NCBI GenBank assembly: GCA_027317865.1 | Contig: DAHVQG010000009.1 | Location: 73,443 to 137,442 of the forward strand | DNA: 64,000 nucleotides | Source: Bdellovibrionales bacterium | Lineage (GTDB): Bacteria > Bdellovibrionota > Bdellovibrionia > Bdellovibrionales > UBA1609 | Direction of reading: 5' to 3' | Shown here: positions 1 through 9,153 of the stretch, piece by piece | Numbering within the stretch: the stretch's first letter is position 1 | How the letters are laid out: each line of letters starts with the position of its first letter | The notes under the pieces: generated by a model | Seen by the model: the letters and a program-made list of their open reading frames with translations, nothing else | Told to the model about the DNA's origin: nothing | The model's database searches: none | Position numbers and translations under genes: made by a program

Positions 1-209
1 TTGCGAAGCCAGTGTTGGTGTTTTTTATCGAAATCGGACGGACGTTCGCCGCGCTTATTAATTAGGCCCTCTTTGTACCATTCAAAGTGTTCATCACAAA
101 AATGCATGCGTGTAATTTTCTTTTTGCAGCCTTCGGCCATACAGCTTTCTGAAGTTTGAACGACGCGCGGTTGAGAGTTGGATTGGGGGGCATTGTTATC
201 TTTTGCCAT
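1..209 (-). CDS. Small Cys/His-motif protein, partial (runs off the window start)
   Basis: Not in the ORF track. Hand translation from ATG at 209 gives MAKDNNAPQSNSQPRVVQTSESCMAEGCKKKITRMHFCDEHFEWYKEGLINKRGERPSDFDKKHQHWLR..., with a GAGG RBS upstream and a C-x4-C-x8-C-x2-H pattern. Confidence 0.75.
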   Translation of the reverse strand, partial: MAKDNNAPQSNSQPRVVQTSESCMAEGCKKKITRMHFCDEHFEWYKEGLINKRGERPSDFDKKHQHWLR

Positions 210-231
210 AGGGTTACCTCGCTTTTATAGA

Positions 232-258
232 CTATCGGCGGTTTACCCTGCGAGTTTA
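232..258 (-). promoter_or_regulatory. Sigma-28 (FliA)-type promoter
   Basis: Minus strand reads TAAA-CTCGCAGGGTAAACC(15 nt)-GCCGATAG, matching consensus TAAA-N15-GCCGATAA, 22 nt upstream of the ATG at 209. Confidence 0.75.
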
Positions 259-272
259 AGTGCTTCTGGACC

Positions 273-1385
273 TTAAGGTTGGGTATGGGGTCCAGGCGAA
301 ACCGTTTGTTGATAAAGTGTCAGCCAATTTGGCGCAATTGCGTCGCTGTCGACATAAAGTTGATATTGAAATAACGGTAGCGCCCGAATGTAACTCGCTT
401 TTTGCATATTCGATAGCGAGCTGTTATTGAGCGAGCTAAGCACTGTTGCCGAATGATTCAGATCAATTAGTTTTTGATTGATGTTTGAATGCAAAAACGC
501 ATCGATTAATTTATTAGCAAGCGTGCGGTCTTTGACTCCTCGACTGATGGCCAAGAAGCGGATCCATAAGGCGCCTTTTTCTTTTGGCATTACAAAGCGA
601 TAGTTTGGATGCTGCTTTAAAAAAGCCGCCGCTTCGCCGTTCGTCATTTCGGCAATTTGAACTTGGCCGCTTGTGAGTTGACTCTCTGGCGTGGAGGTAA
701 ATGACACCACGTCGCTTGTGATTTGCTGAATAAATTTTGTGAGCTTCGCTGTTTGGCCGGTGTCAGCCCATGATTTTACCATGGGCTTAAGCTTTTCGAG
801 TAAGTTAAAAAATAGAATAGGGGAATCAATTAAAGAAATTTTGGCCAACCGAGAGTGAAAGTGCGGCGGTCTGTGTTTCACTGCCATCCCGAAAAGCGCG
901 GTCAGGCTTTTATCAGACCATTGCGTTTGTTTGGGATTAAATACAAAACCGCTTACGCCCCATGATATGGGCACAAGATAGTGACCGTCAGGGTCAAACC
1001 CTAAGTGCTGAAAATCAATTGATACATTTCGCAGTCGCGGTATTTCGTCGGTGTTAAACGGCGATAAGTTACGGTTGAGCATAAAGGATGACAAGACAAA
1101 GCTCGGTAATTCCACGACATCGTATTTCTGCTTATTTGACAGCAGTTCACCTACAAGGCTGATATCGGTGGGTTCTTCGGTAATTTGTAAATGAACGTGC
1201 AACTGATTTTGCACCATTTTGATTACTGCCGGAGGTAAAAAATTCTTTTCTGCGAGCACCCGGATTTCGGGGCCGTGATGTTCGATGTGATGGGCGCGCT
1301 CATAATGATAGATGCCCCACCAAGCGCCCCAAGAAAATGAGAATACGGCAACCAAAATTACCAACTTTAAAAATCGCGATCGCAT
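273..1385 (-). CDS. PotD/PotF-like extracellular solute-binding protein (divergent, orphan)
   Basis: N-terminal TM; motifs YDVVELPS, FDPDGHYLVPISWG, PKEKGALW, ANKLIDAFL resemble polyamine-binding proteins. Confidence 0.7.
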   Translation of the reverse strand: MRSRFLKLVILVAVFSFSWGAWWGIYHYERAHHIEHHGPEIRVLAEKNFLPPAVIKMVQNQLHVHLQITEEPTDISLVGELLSNKQKYDVVELPSFVLSSFMLNRNLSPFNTDEIPRLRNVSIDFQHLGFDPDGHYLVPISWGVSGFVFNPKQTQWSDKSLTALFGMAVKHRPPHFHSRLAKISLIDSPILFFNLLEKLKPMVKSWADTGQTAKLTKFIQQITSDVVSFTSTPESQLTSGQVQIAEMTNGEAAAFLKQHPNYRFVMPKEKGALWIRFLAISRGVKDRTLANKLIDAFLHSNINQKLIDLNHSATVLSSLNNSSLSNMQKASYIRALPLFQYQLYVDSDAIAPNWLTLYQQTVSPGPHTQP

Positions 1386-1447
1386 AAGTTAAAAGTTTAG
1401 CAGGCCATCTGCGAAATCGTCAAAGAGAGCAAATGGACGCGTACAAA

Positions 1448-2602
1448 TTATTGCCCGTAAGCCGCAGGAGCGAAGGCCACGTTGATCGAGGCGCCTGCCG
1501 GTGGAATCCACGCGCTGCCGACGAAAACGATGCTGTTTGTTGTTGAGTCGTATGTAAATCCGCCGTTGTTGGCCGGATTGGTGGCCTCGTTGGGTACATT
1601 ATTACCGTTTACTGTTACAACAATAGTTGACGGATCGGGGATGCGGTCGAGTTTAAAAGCAGTGGCTAGTGATAAGATACCGTCCGCGATTGAGGCCAGC
1701 TGTGTACCGTAATTTCCGCAGATGTCACCCTTTAGACCCTGCGCGAACGTGGGCAGGCCTTGGTTCACATCATCAACCATTTGATCGTAGCGCTGCCCGA
1801 TGATCGAGTTCACCGAACCCGCAGCTAACCGCTGGTCTTGGCAAGTCGTATTTTGAACCGCAATAGCTGAAACGTTATAGTTGCGGTCAGTTGAAGTTGA
1901 ACCGGTAATTTGATCTAAATAGCTCACATAAGACGAAACTGAATCCAACGTTGATGCCGTATAGTCGTGATCGGGAATTCCGCTTGGGTACATCCAACTA
2001 TACTCGGGGCGGTTCGCTCCGCTGAAATCATCCTCGTCAGACAAAATAATGATGGAGGTAAAAGCACCCGAACGTAAAAATCCGGAGTTTAGCGGACTGT
2101 TCAAAGCGTCACGCATACTAGAGAATGCGCGTTCATCGCCGCTACCTTCTTCGCCCTCGGTGGCGTTATCGACATATACCGTATCGAGATTGGTCGTTGA
2201 AGGTAGAATCATATAAACGCCCGACTGCGCACATTGCGGACAAATCGCATCGGCGGTCATACCATCGCGGAATTTTGCGAGATTTGAATTATTTTGAAAA
2301 TTCGCCTCTGACAAGTACGCGTCGGTTGTCGTCACGGCCATTTGAAAATCATATTGATTGGATTGTGACGAGAAAGCTTGAATGAAACTCTGATAATTAG
2401 CGGTCATTTGACTTTGTTCGGGCAACATTGATCCCGAATTGTCGATTACCCACAAGATGTCCATTTTCGGGTTGATTATTCCAGTAGACTGTTTGAACGA
2501 TTGAGAGGATGGCAAAATATCGAAGGTGCTACCCTTATTGCCACAGCCGGCGAGAAGACATCCAATGGCCATTATTGCCATTATATAACGATAACGTTCC
2601 AT
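1448..2602 (-). CDS. vWA (MIDAS) domain lipoprotein
   Basis: Lipobox LLAGC; DILWVIDNSGSM (DxSxS MIDAS); IIILSDEDD; C-terminal beta-rich domain. Confidence 0.75.
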   Translation of the reverse strand: MERYRYIMAIMAIGCLLAGCGNKGSTFDILPSSQSFKQSTGIINPKMDILWVIDNSGSMLPEQSQMTANYQSFIQAFSSQSNQYDFQMAVTTTDAYLSEANFQNNSNLAKFRDGMTADAICPQCAQSGVYMILPSTTNLDTVYVDNATEGEEGSGDERAFSSMRDALNSPLNSGFLRSGAFTSIIILSDEDDFSGANRPEYSWMYPSGIPDHDYTASTLDSVSSYVSYLDQITGSTSTDRNYNVSAIAVQNTTCQDQRLAAGSVNSIIGQRYDQMVDDVNQGLPTFAQGLKGDICGNYGTQLASIADGILSLATAFKLDRIPDPSTIVVTVNGNNVPNEATNPANNGGFTYDSTTNSIVFVGSAWIPPAGASINVAFAPAAYGQ

Positions 2603-2688
2603 AACGCCCCCTTACCTTTGGCCGTCGTGGCCGTACCTTGTGTCGCCTCTTTATTTAAATAAAGAACACCGACCAAGGTCTATCTTCG

Positions 2689-2715
2689 CTATCGGGATTT
2701 ATAATATAAGCTTAA
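2689..2715 (-). promoter_or_regulatory. Sigma-28-like promoter upstream of the vWA lipoprotein
   Basis: Minus strand reads TTAA-GCTTATATTATAAAT(15 nt)-CCCGATAG. Confidence 0.55.
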
Positions 2716-2924
2716 ATTCGAAGTTCTTCTCGCAACCCAATGAGTTCATTTAAAGAATTCAGCTTTCTCAGCCTAATACAAATTAATTGCTTGATTCGAT
2801 TGAGAAAAAAAATAGCGAAATTTTCGAATTTTAATGATCTGTCAAAAAGTTCGACTCTTTTCAAAACCTTTTTAAAAGGTCTAGCATCTTTTTATGTTCT
2901 AAAATGATATTCTGAAGATGCCCT

Positions 2925-3139
2925 TCTCAGGGCCAGAAAGGAGGTGGTGTGATGGTACATAGTTATTCAACCATTTCCACGGAGGTGCGTGTCTCTTAAC
3001 GAGACAGGCTTTTCGTGTTGCGCGATGCGGGGCGCTTAGCCGCCTGATTTTTTGCAGTCGCACAACTGAGGCTGGGAGGGCATGAGATGGCTGTCGTAAC
3101 TGACGGCCAACAGCTCGAGCACCCGGCCTTTTTTCTGAG
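2925..3139 (+). other. Structured intergenic segment with micro-ORFs (possible ncRNA or small-peptide mRNA)
   Basis: Perfect SD AGAAAGGAGGTG before a 15-codon ORF, several hairpins, and possible 5'-3' end pairing. Strand assignment is inferred. Confidence 0.35.
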
Positions 3140-3156
3140 TACGAGCGGGGCCGACG

Positions 3157-5490
3157 TCAGGCAATTTTTTTGGTTTGCTCTTGTAAAGCGTATAATTCAT
3201 TTTTAAGATTTCTGATTTCGCCACGCAGTTTCTTTTCAATTTTCTTTGCTTGTTTGAGTTTATCCTCAAGATCCGAACGAATTTGCGAATTGGCTTCAAC
3301 TTTACGGTTTAAGCTGGAAGCTTCAGTCGTCATTGTTTCGTATTTAAGCATCGCTTCATTGGTCTTAAGAATATAAGTTTGCCTATCTTTTCGGAGTTGG
3401 TCGGCAATTTCAGTCAGTTTACTAACGGTTTTACGCATTTGCTGCAAGCTGTTTGCGCTGAGCTCGGATTTTGTCTGAGCGGCGCGACTTGTTTTCTTTA
3501 ATGCTTCGATTTCGCCAGCAGCACGATCCATTTTATGGGAGAGGTGTTTGTACTTTTGCTGAGCTTCGTTGAGTTTGCCGGTCAAACTATTTACCTCTGT
3601 TTTCAAGCCTCGGATTTCTTCTTGTTTTATTGCAAGCGAGTTTTGAATTTTCTTAAATTCGTCGTCCTTCGCCTTTACTATTTCATCGAGGCCCGTGTTG
3701 TCTTTCAAAAGTTGCAATTCTTTCGCCGTGAGATTCGCCTGCTGCTGTAGATTTGCAACGGTTTCTTTATAGTTTTCAATTTCGTTCTGGCTCGCTTTTA
3801 ATTGGTTGTTTAAGTTATCCAGCGTATCGTTGTAGGTGTCTTCCGCCGTTTGAAACATCTCAACTTTTTCTTCTAGCCCCGTGTTGAGTTTGAAATATTC
3901 CGCGTTCTGCTCCTCAAGTTGATTTGATAATTGGCTGTTTTTCTCATTGAGGGCGACCAATTCTTCGATTTTAAGATTGCTCGCGTCGATGAGTTTCTGA
4001 GAATTTTCAAGTTGCGCTTTTAAAACTTCATTCTCCGTTTGGAGCGGCCCGGACTCAACAGTAAGGACGGTATCATCGCTTAAGGCGGCACCGTCTTCGC
4101 TTGTTACATTGCGAATATCCCCAAGATTTGTAGGTGCATTCTCGCCCGGCGCGGTCTCAACGGAGCGGGCGACATCATTACTAATAGCTCCGATGTCAGC
4201 AAGAAGTTGCGAGTCGACCGCAATATGGTCACCGCCCATATCATCGGTAAGTTTGTTCGAAACGTTGTGCAATGTATCTGAATTTGCTTTTAAATCGTTA
4301 AATTCGACTTCGAATTTCTGAAATTCTTTGTCAATTTCTTTGGCCATCAGCATATCGCCGCCAGAGAGATTTTTCTTCGCCTGAATTTGAAACACGTACC
4401 ATTTATCACGAAGCGCTTTAAGTTCTTGGCAATTCGTCTGGTATTTTTTATTGAGGTCTTGAATTAACAGTTGTTGTTTGATGATTTGGTGCTGAAATAT
4501 TTTGACGTCATCGCTGGCTGCGGTCATCACGTCATCCAAGTTTAACCGCGCGCTCATATATTCTGGAATTTCATCGTACATGCCAACTTGCGGATCTAAC
4601 GAAATGCGCTGACCGAGGGTTTTTTCAACTTGCCGGATCATCTGGCTGACCGTTTTTGAAACCATTGCGTGCGGATTTTCTTTTGCAACCTGGGCAAAGG
4701 AGGCGATCTGGCCCTTTAGTGAGCGAAGCTTTTTTCGCAATTTTCGAGGGTTAAAATTTTTGCTCTCCGAATGCGTGTTGAGCTCCAGCATTTCCGTTTC
4801 GATAGTTTCGGCCATTTGCTTAAGAAGTTTATTTTCAGGCTGATCGAGGGAGCCTTTGATGATAGCGATTTGTTCGCGAAAATGACGACTGAGTCCGCTG
4901 ATTGTTTCGGGGTCTATGACGTTGTTTTTTGTGAGTTTATCCTCAACGCGAATAAGTTCGTCATTAATATGAAGCGTACAATCTTCGATAACTTTGCGGT
5001 CAGAAAGTTCTTTTATGAGTCCGCGCACGGCCGTTTTTTCTAAGTCCGACACTTCAGATTTAATCGCGCGAATGACGTCGCCAATCGGCCCGTCGATTTC
5101 GTCTTCGACGGTGATTTTGCCGAAATCTTGCGCGGGCGATGAAAGGGATTTTAATTTATATTCAGATTGATCCGGCAGGCCTTCGATTTTGCCATAGTCT
5201 TTATTTTCTAGAATTTCTTTACGATAAACCTCTCCTTCTTCTGAAGTTAAGAAATTATCGAGATAGCCAAAATAGGTTTGTTTGTCTTCGACGCGCACGT
5301 AAATCTTATCCATCGAGTGGCCCTGAAGCTTTTCAAATTTATTTTGCGATAAAGTTTCATTTTTGCGCACCCAGAGGATGATCCGATTGCTTTGCCGAAG
5401 TAAAATATAACAGTCAAAAGATAACGGATGCTCCGGGCGAAGACATTTGACGTAAACCGGAAAGAATTCTTCGCTTCTGAATTCGGACAT
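3157..5490 (-). CDS. Large coiled-coil protein with N-terminal globular domain
   Basis: 777-aa ORF; C-terminal half is heptad-rich in E/K/Q/L; N-terminal ~80 aa resemble the segment that precedes HD-GYP domains, but no HD-GYP motif is present. Confidence 0.7.
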   Translation of the reverse strand: MSEFRSEEFFPVYVKCLRPEHPLSFDCYILLRQSNRIILWVRKNETLSQNKFEKLQGHSMDKIYVRVEDKQTYFGYLDNFLTSEEGEVYRKEILENKDYGKIEGLPDQSEYKLKSLSSPAQDFGKITVEDEIDGPIGDVIRAIKSEVSDLEKTAVRGLIKELSDRKVIEDCTLHINDELIRVEDKLTKNNVIDPETISGLSRHFREQIAIIKGSLDQPENKLLKQMAETIETEMLELNTHSESKNFNPRKLRKKLRSLKGQIASFAQVAKENPHAMVSKTVSQMIRQVEKTLGQRISLDPQVGMYDEIPEYMSARLNLDDVMTAASDDVKIFQHQIIKQQLLIQDLNKKYQTNCQELKALRDKWYVFQIQAKKNLSGGDMLMAKEIDKEFQKFEVEFNDLKANSDTLHNVSNKLTDDMGGDHIAVDSQLLADIGAISNDVARSVETAPGENAPTNLGDIRNVTSEDGAALSDDTVLTVESGPLQTENEVLKAQLENSQKLIDASNLKIEELVALNEKNSQLSNQLEEQNAEYFKLNTGLEEKVEMFQTAEDTYNDTLDNLNNQLKASQNEIENYKETVANLQQQANLTAKELQLLKDNTGLDEIVKAKDDEFKKIQNSLAIKQEEIRGLKTEVNSLTGKLNEAQQKYKHLSHKMDRAAGEIEALKKTSRAAQTKSELSANSLQQMRKTVSKLTEIADQLRKDRQTYILKTNEAMLKYETMTTEASSLNRKVEANSQIRSDLEDKLKQAKKIEKKLRGEIRNLKNELYALQEQTKKIA

Positions 5491-5739
5491 TTCACCACCG
5501 TCAGATTATTCTTTCGGTATTTGTAGCGTGCCGCGATAGGGGATTGTTGCATTTATTGTACTGCAATAGACGTAAGACCAGCGGTCTGACGGCGGTTTTA
5601 TCTGCGCTGTTTTGCTTTACCAGGGTTTCAAAATGCACATACGCGGCTGTGAACGTGGGCAACAATTTCAAAAAATGCCATTCTTCTAGACAAAACGGCT
5701 GGCGTTATGGCTCATTAAGGTCATCTCCGGGGGGGGGAT

Positions 5740-6426
5740 ATGGGTAAGATTATTGCGATATTCGTGGTGGTATTTTCAGCAATCTCTGCGCCGGGTTTAA
5801 ACTCCAGTGCACGTGAACCGGGATCATTTCGTTTAACAAAGGAGCTGAAGACTGAACCGATTGTCGGTCCGGATTGGACTCGCGCTTTTATTCAAAAGCA
5901 TTACCATATACAGTTTCTAGCGTTCGGATTGACAGACGCAATGCAAATTCTTGTCAATGAGACGCCGTTCGGTGGGGTTTCAAATTTATTATACGATATC
6001 TACGACAAATCGAGCCCGACAGAAATTCGCTTAGCAGCTAACGTGTGCCTGACTTTGCATAATACCTGGGAGCAAATTGTTTGCGCCCATAAAGCGGCTG
6101 AGAAAATCGGTTATGCGAACCCGAATTTTGACGTAAAAGGGCTTTGTCGCGTACTGGCTTTAGCGTTTCGATCGGTGATGAACGAAATCAATAACCCGAA
6201 TGTATTTGTCGGGCAAATAGGCATTATAGCACGTGACCAAAGCGGCAATATTTGGGGGCACAACCTTGATCGCATTACAGTGCGGTCTGTAACCGGCATG
6301 ACTTATGCGTACGCGGTCGATGATGAGTCGGGTAACGGGCCGATCGTCATCTATCCGCTTTCTTTATCGGCGAAACAGTTCAAAAAAAGGTATGGGTCTC
6401 TGCTCCCGCACCTTTCGAACTTTTGA
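5740..6426 (+). CDS. Secreted protein, possible transglutaminase-like Cys-His-Asp fold
   Basis: Signal peptide; GLCRVLALAF ... WGHN ... YAVDD are in an order compatible with a papain/transglutaminase triad. Confidence 0.5.
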   Translation: MGKIIAIFVVVFSAISAPGLNSSAREPGSFRLTKELKTEPIVGPDWTRAFIQKHYHIQFLAFGLTDAMQILVNETPFGGVSNLLYDIYDKSSPTEIRLAANVCLTLHNTWEQIVCAHKAAEKIGYANPNFDVKGLCRVLALAFRSVMNEINNPNVFVGQIGIIARDQSGNIWGHNLDRITVRSVTGMTYAYAVDDESGNGPIVIYPLSLSAKQFKKRYGSLLPHLSNF

Positions 6427-6546
6427 TGTCACATAAATTGTGGGTGAGTTAACTCATCAAGATTGTCAAAATTATATTTAAAGTGAAGAATTATAATTGT
6501 CGGCGCTTGTTTTGGTTCATGAAATAAAATTGTAAGGGAGGGCAAA

Positions 6547-7098
6547 TTGAAAATATGGTTGAGTAGCCTTTTATTATTCACCTTGACGGCGACAACGGCC
6601 ATGGCATGGCCAAGAGTTGGCGACGATGCACACTACCTCATGAGCACGACCGGGGGGCCTGTGCCGATGAGCGGTACGGCCGAATTGACTGTAACGGGAA
6701 TCGACGCCAGTCAAAATCTTATTCGTATTCGCATGACAGCGTATATTGCCGGTTACACCGAGTCGAAAGAAGCCATCGATAAACTCAGCGATGCTAAAAA
6801 TCTGGCTAAATTGGTACCGGAACTCGTCGCTCATTGCGACGCTCACAACGGTACTTCCGTTCAACTTGCCACTCCTGCCGGAGTTTTTTCGACCTGTAAA
6901 ATTTCATCAGATCAGGGAGATAAAGTGGTCACAACTTGGTATGCCAATGTTGTTTTTGGATATGCCAAACAAACAGTATTGACTCGCACGGCGGGGATTA
7001 CGCAAGCGATGATTTTGCAGTCATTTACTAACGGCACAAATTCCGGATTGCCGCACAAATCGAGTTGTGACCGTGACGGCGGGCTGAAGCTTAAATAA
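6547..7098 (+). CDS. Secreted hypothetical protein
   Basis: TTG start after GGGAGGG RBS; signal peptide ending AMA. Confidence 0.65.
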   Translation: MKIWLSSLLLFTLTATTAMAWPRVGDDAHYLMSTTGGPVPMSGTAELTVTGIDASQNLIRIRMTAYIAGYTESKEAIDKLSDAKNLAKLVPELVAHCDAHNGTSVQLATPAGVFSTCKISSDQGDKVVTTWYANVVFGYAKQTVLTRTAGITQAMILQSFTNGTNSGLPHKSSCDRDGGLKLK

Positions 7099-7105
7099 AC
7101 GGGTA

Positions 7106-7306
7106 TTATTTGTTATTGGATTTAACGAGTCGATTGTTGGGCTGCGGTGGATTGTGACTCACAACGTTCGGCTTAGACGGTACAGTAGCTGAAGCCTTTG
7201 GGTGGATGGACAAAATAGCCATTACGACGATCCCGACGAAAACTGCGACCATAATCCAAAAAAAAATGTAATCGCGAGAATTATTATTCACGTTTTTCAT
7301 CTCCAT
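7106..7306 (-). CDS. Small single-pass membrane protein
   Basis: 66 aa with one hydrophobic helix; AAGGA RBS. Confidence 0.5.
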   Translation of the reverse strand: MEMKNVNNNSRDYIFFWIMVAVFVGIVVMAILSIHPKASATVPSKPNVVSHNPPQPNNRLVKSNNK

Positions 7307-7379
7307 ACTAGAATCCTTTTAAACTCCGGCGGCGCTTAAGTCGACTGAATTGTTAATTTCGTCAATTCCTTCAAATCAG

Positions 7380-7826
7380 TCATCGTCGAATCCATTTGAT
7401 ATTCACGTCGTCGGCCCAATGTAGAAAAATTTTAGAGAAATGACGGAATTCGCCGAGATTTGAAGTAACAAGTGTTGAGATCACAGTCAGGGTAGCGGCT
7501 TCGTCTTGACTACCATAAAAAAGCTCCGCAGCCCCGAAGTCTTGGTTTACCTCTGTTAAGTCAAACCATACCGGCTCAGATACGCTTTTTATGTCATCCT
7601 CCAAATATCCAAAATCATTTTGGGCCACAACTTTTTTTATAGTTGATTCGAAGTCATTGAACGTAGTGAACGCGTGAAATACCAAATATAGCGACGGCGA
7701 TTTGCCATTGGCCGTTGAGGTGTCGAACCAAAACTCAAGAATGTCTTGCCCTTGCGAAACTGGCAAAAATTGTTTTATTGCCGCTTCTAGTCGGCCCCAT
7801 TCGTTCTTCATATTTAGACTTTGCAA
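7380..7826 (-). CDS. Hypothetical protein (start may be ATG at 7811)
   Basis: 148-aa ORF with no competing long ORF. Confidence 0.55.
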   Translation of the reverse strand: MQSLNMKNEWGRLEAAIKQFLPVSQGQDILEFWFDTSTANGKSPSLYLVFHAFTTFNDFESTIKKVVAQNDFGYLEDDIKSVSEPVWFDLTEVNQDFGAAELFYGSQDEAATLTVISTLVTSNLGEFRHFSKIFLHWADDVNIKWIRR

Positions 7827-8136
7827 TGTAACAGACTTATGTGCTGTACGCCAACCTGCCTGTTCAACGAATTAATCTATGCTGTAATTTTCAAGGTGTC
7901 CAGAGGACGCATTTCGAGCCGCCGCAATCAGATAGTTGGACGCACGAAAGGTCCGCTGCTTTGATTTGTTCAGCTAGAGTCTCGTCGACGCATAAGTGCG
8001 CCATAAGTAAGCTATGAATGGTGCGAAAATGCGCCACTTGGCATGTCCAAATTAAGAATACCTATAATTGTACGGTGAATTTTGTCTCCACGATTGATTT
8101 CATGTATATTTTGTCTATGGCAGAAATTTAAAGTGA

Positions 8137-9045
8137 GTGAAAGACATGAAACGAGCTGCAACTCTAATCATAATGATGACCGCAATGAGTTTTTGGATGC
8201 CCGGGACCGCATTTGCAACACCGGCGTCAGACACGGGCAATCACGCTGCTTTACAATTGACTGAAGAACTTCAGAATTGTAACCGCATTTTAAACTCGGG
8301 GAGTGACAAACCTCTTCTCGCATTTATTAGAATGTTTACTGATTACGTTCCGGTCGTATTGGAGCATCCAGATGATAGCGCGGCTAAACGGTTTGCAAAA
8401 TTTAGCGGCCGCTACGGGATGCTCGCATTTCTGACGCGTCAACCAAACGGCGAGTATGAAGTTGTTGTTGGTAACCCAAATGAGAAAATGGAAGCCGGTA
8501 AGCGGGTCGTGATTACTCAAGTCGACGGTCATGTCATTCGAATTCCTTTGGAAAGCATTTTTGCATTTACCGCTAAAGACACGCAAAATCGCACTATATT
8601 TTTTAATCATACGTTTCCGGTTGCGCATACGGGCCACCAAAATTCGTGGAAGTCCAATCGTTATGTGCAAACATTATTTGCCGAGGCGGTCTCCGCTCCA
8701 AAGGGGGATGTGAATTTACAAAAGCGAATCAATAAATATTTTCGCTGGTTGAACAGTTTAGCGAAGCGAAATAAACAACTTGCCGTACTCGTTCGAGAAG
8801 CGCCATCGCGCGGAGAAGTCTTATTGATCGGTGTTGTTGTGCCTGTGCTAAGCCAAGTAAACGGTTACAGTGCCATTGAGGCTCTCGATATAAAATCGCC
8901 CAGCGGATTAGTGACCCGGTATTCGATCGCACACAGTCAGTACGCAACTGGGGTTATAATGATGACCAATGATCCGATAAGCAAGTTGACAGCCAAGACC
9001 GAGTCTCAACTGCAATACGATTTTAATAAACTTCAATTGAGATGA
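8137..9045 (+). CDS. Secreted hypothetical protein
   Basis: Signal peptide ending AFA; CNRIL motif near the mature N-terminus. Confidence 0.65.
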   Translation: MKDMKRAATLIIMMTAMSFWMPGTAFATPASDTGNHAALQLTEELQNCNRILNSGSDKPLLAFIRMFTDYVPVVLEHPDDSAAKRFAKFSGRYGMLAFLTRQPNGEYEVVVGNPNEKMEAGKRVVITQVDGHVIRIPLESIFAFTAKDTQNRTIFFNHTFPVAHTGHQNSWKSNRYVQTLFAEAVSAPKGDVNLQKRINKYFRWLNSLAKRNKQLAVLVREAPSRGEVLLIGVVVPVLSQVNGYSAIEALDIKSPSGLVTRYSIAHSQYATGVIMMTNDPISKLTAKTESQLQYDFNKLQLR

Positions 9046-9153
9046 CCTAGGCGTGCCTTAGACTCTCGTCTAAATTATTACGGTTAAAATAAAAACGTCA
9101 TTGCGACACAAGACATACGTCTGTCGCAGATATGCCGCGGCACTGTTATAAAA

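Noticed and set aside
2935-2946. Reverse-complement match to the 16S rRNA 3' end (CACCTCCTTTCT)
   Set aside because: Only 12 nt with no other rRNA sequence; better explained as a strong Shine-Dalgarno site.
2925-3139. tmRNA, 6S RNA, RNase P RNA or c-di-GMP riboswitch
   Set aside because: No tRNA-like ends or Ala-Ala tag, no continuous rod structure, and no GAGGAAAGTC or GEMM consensus could be matched by eye.
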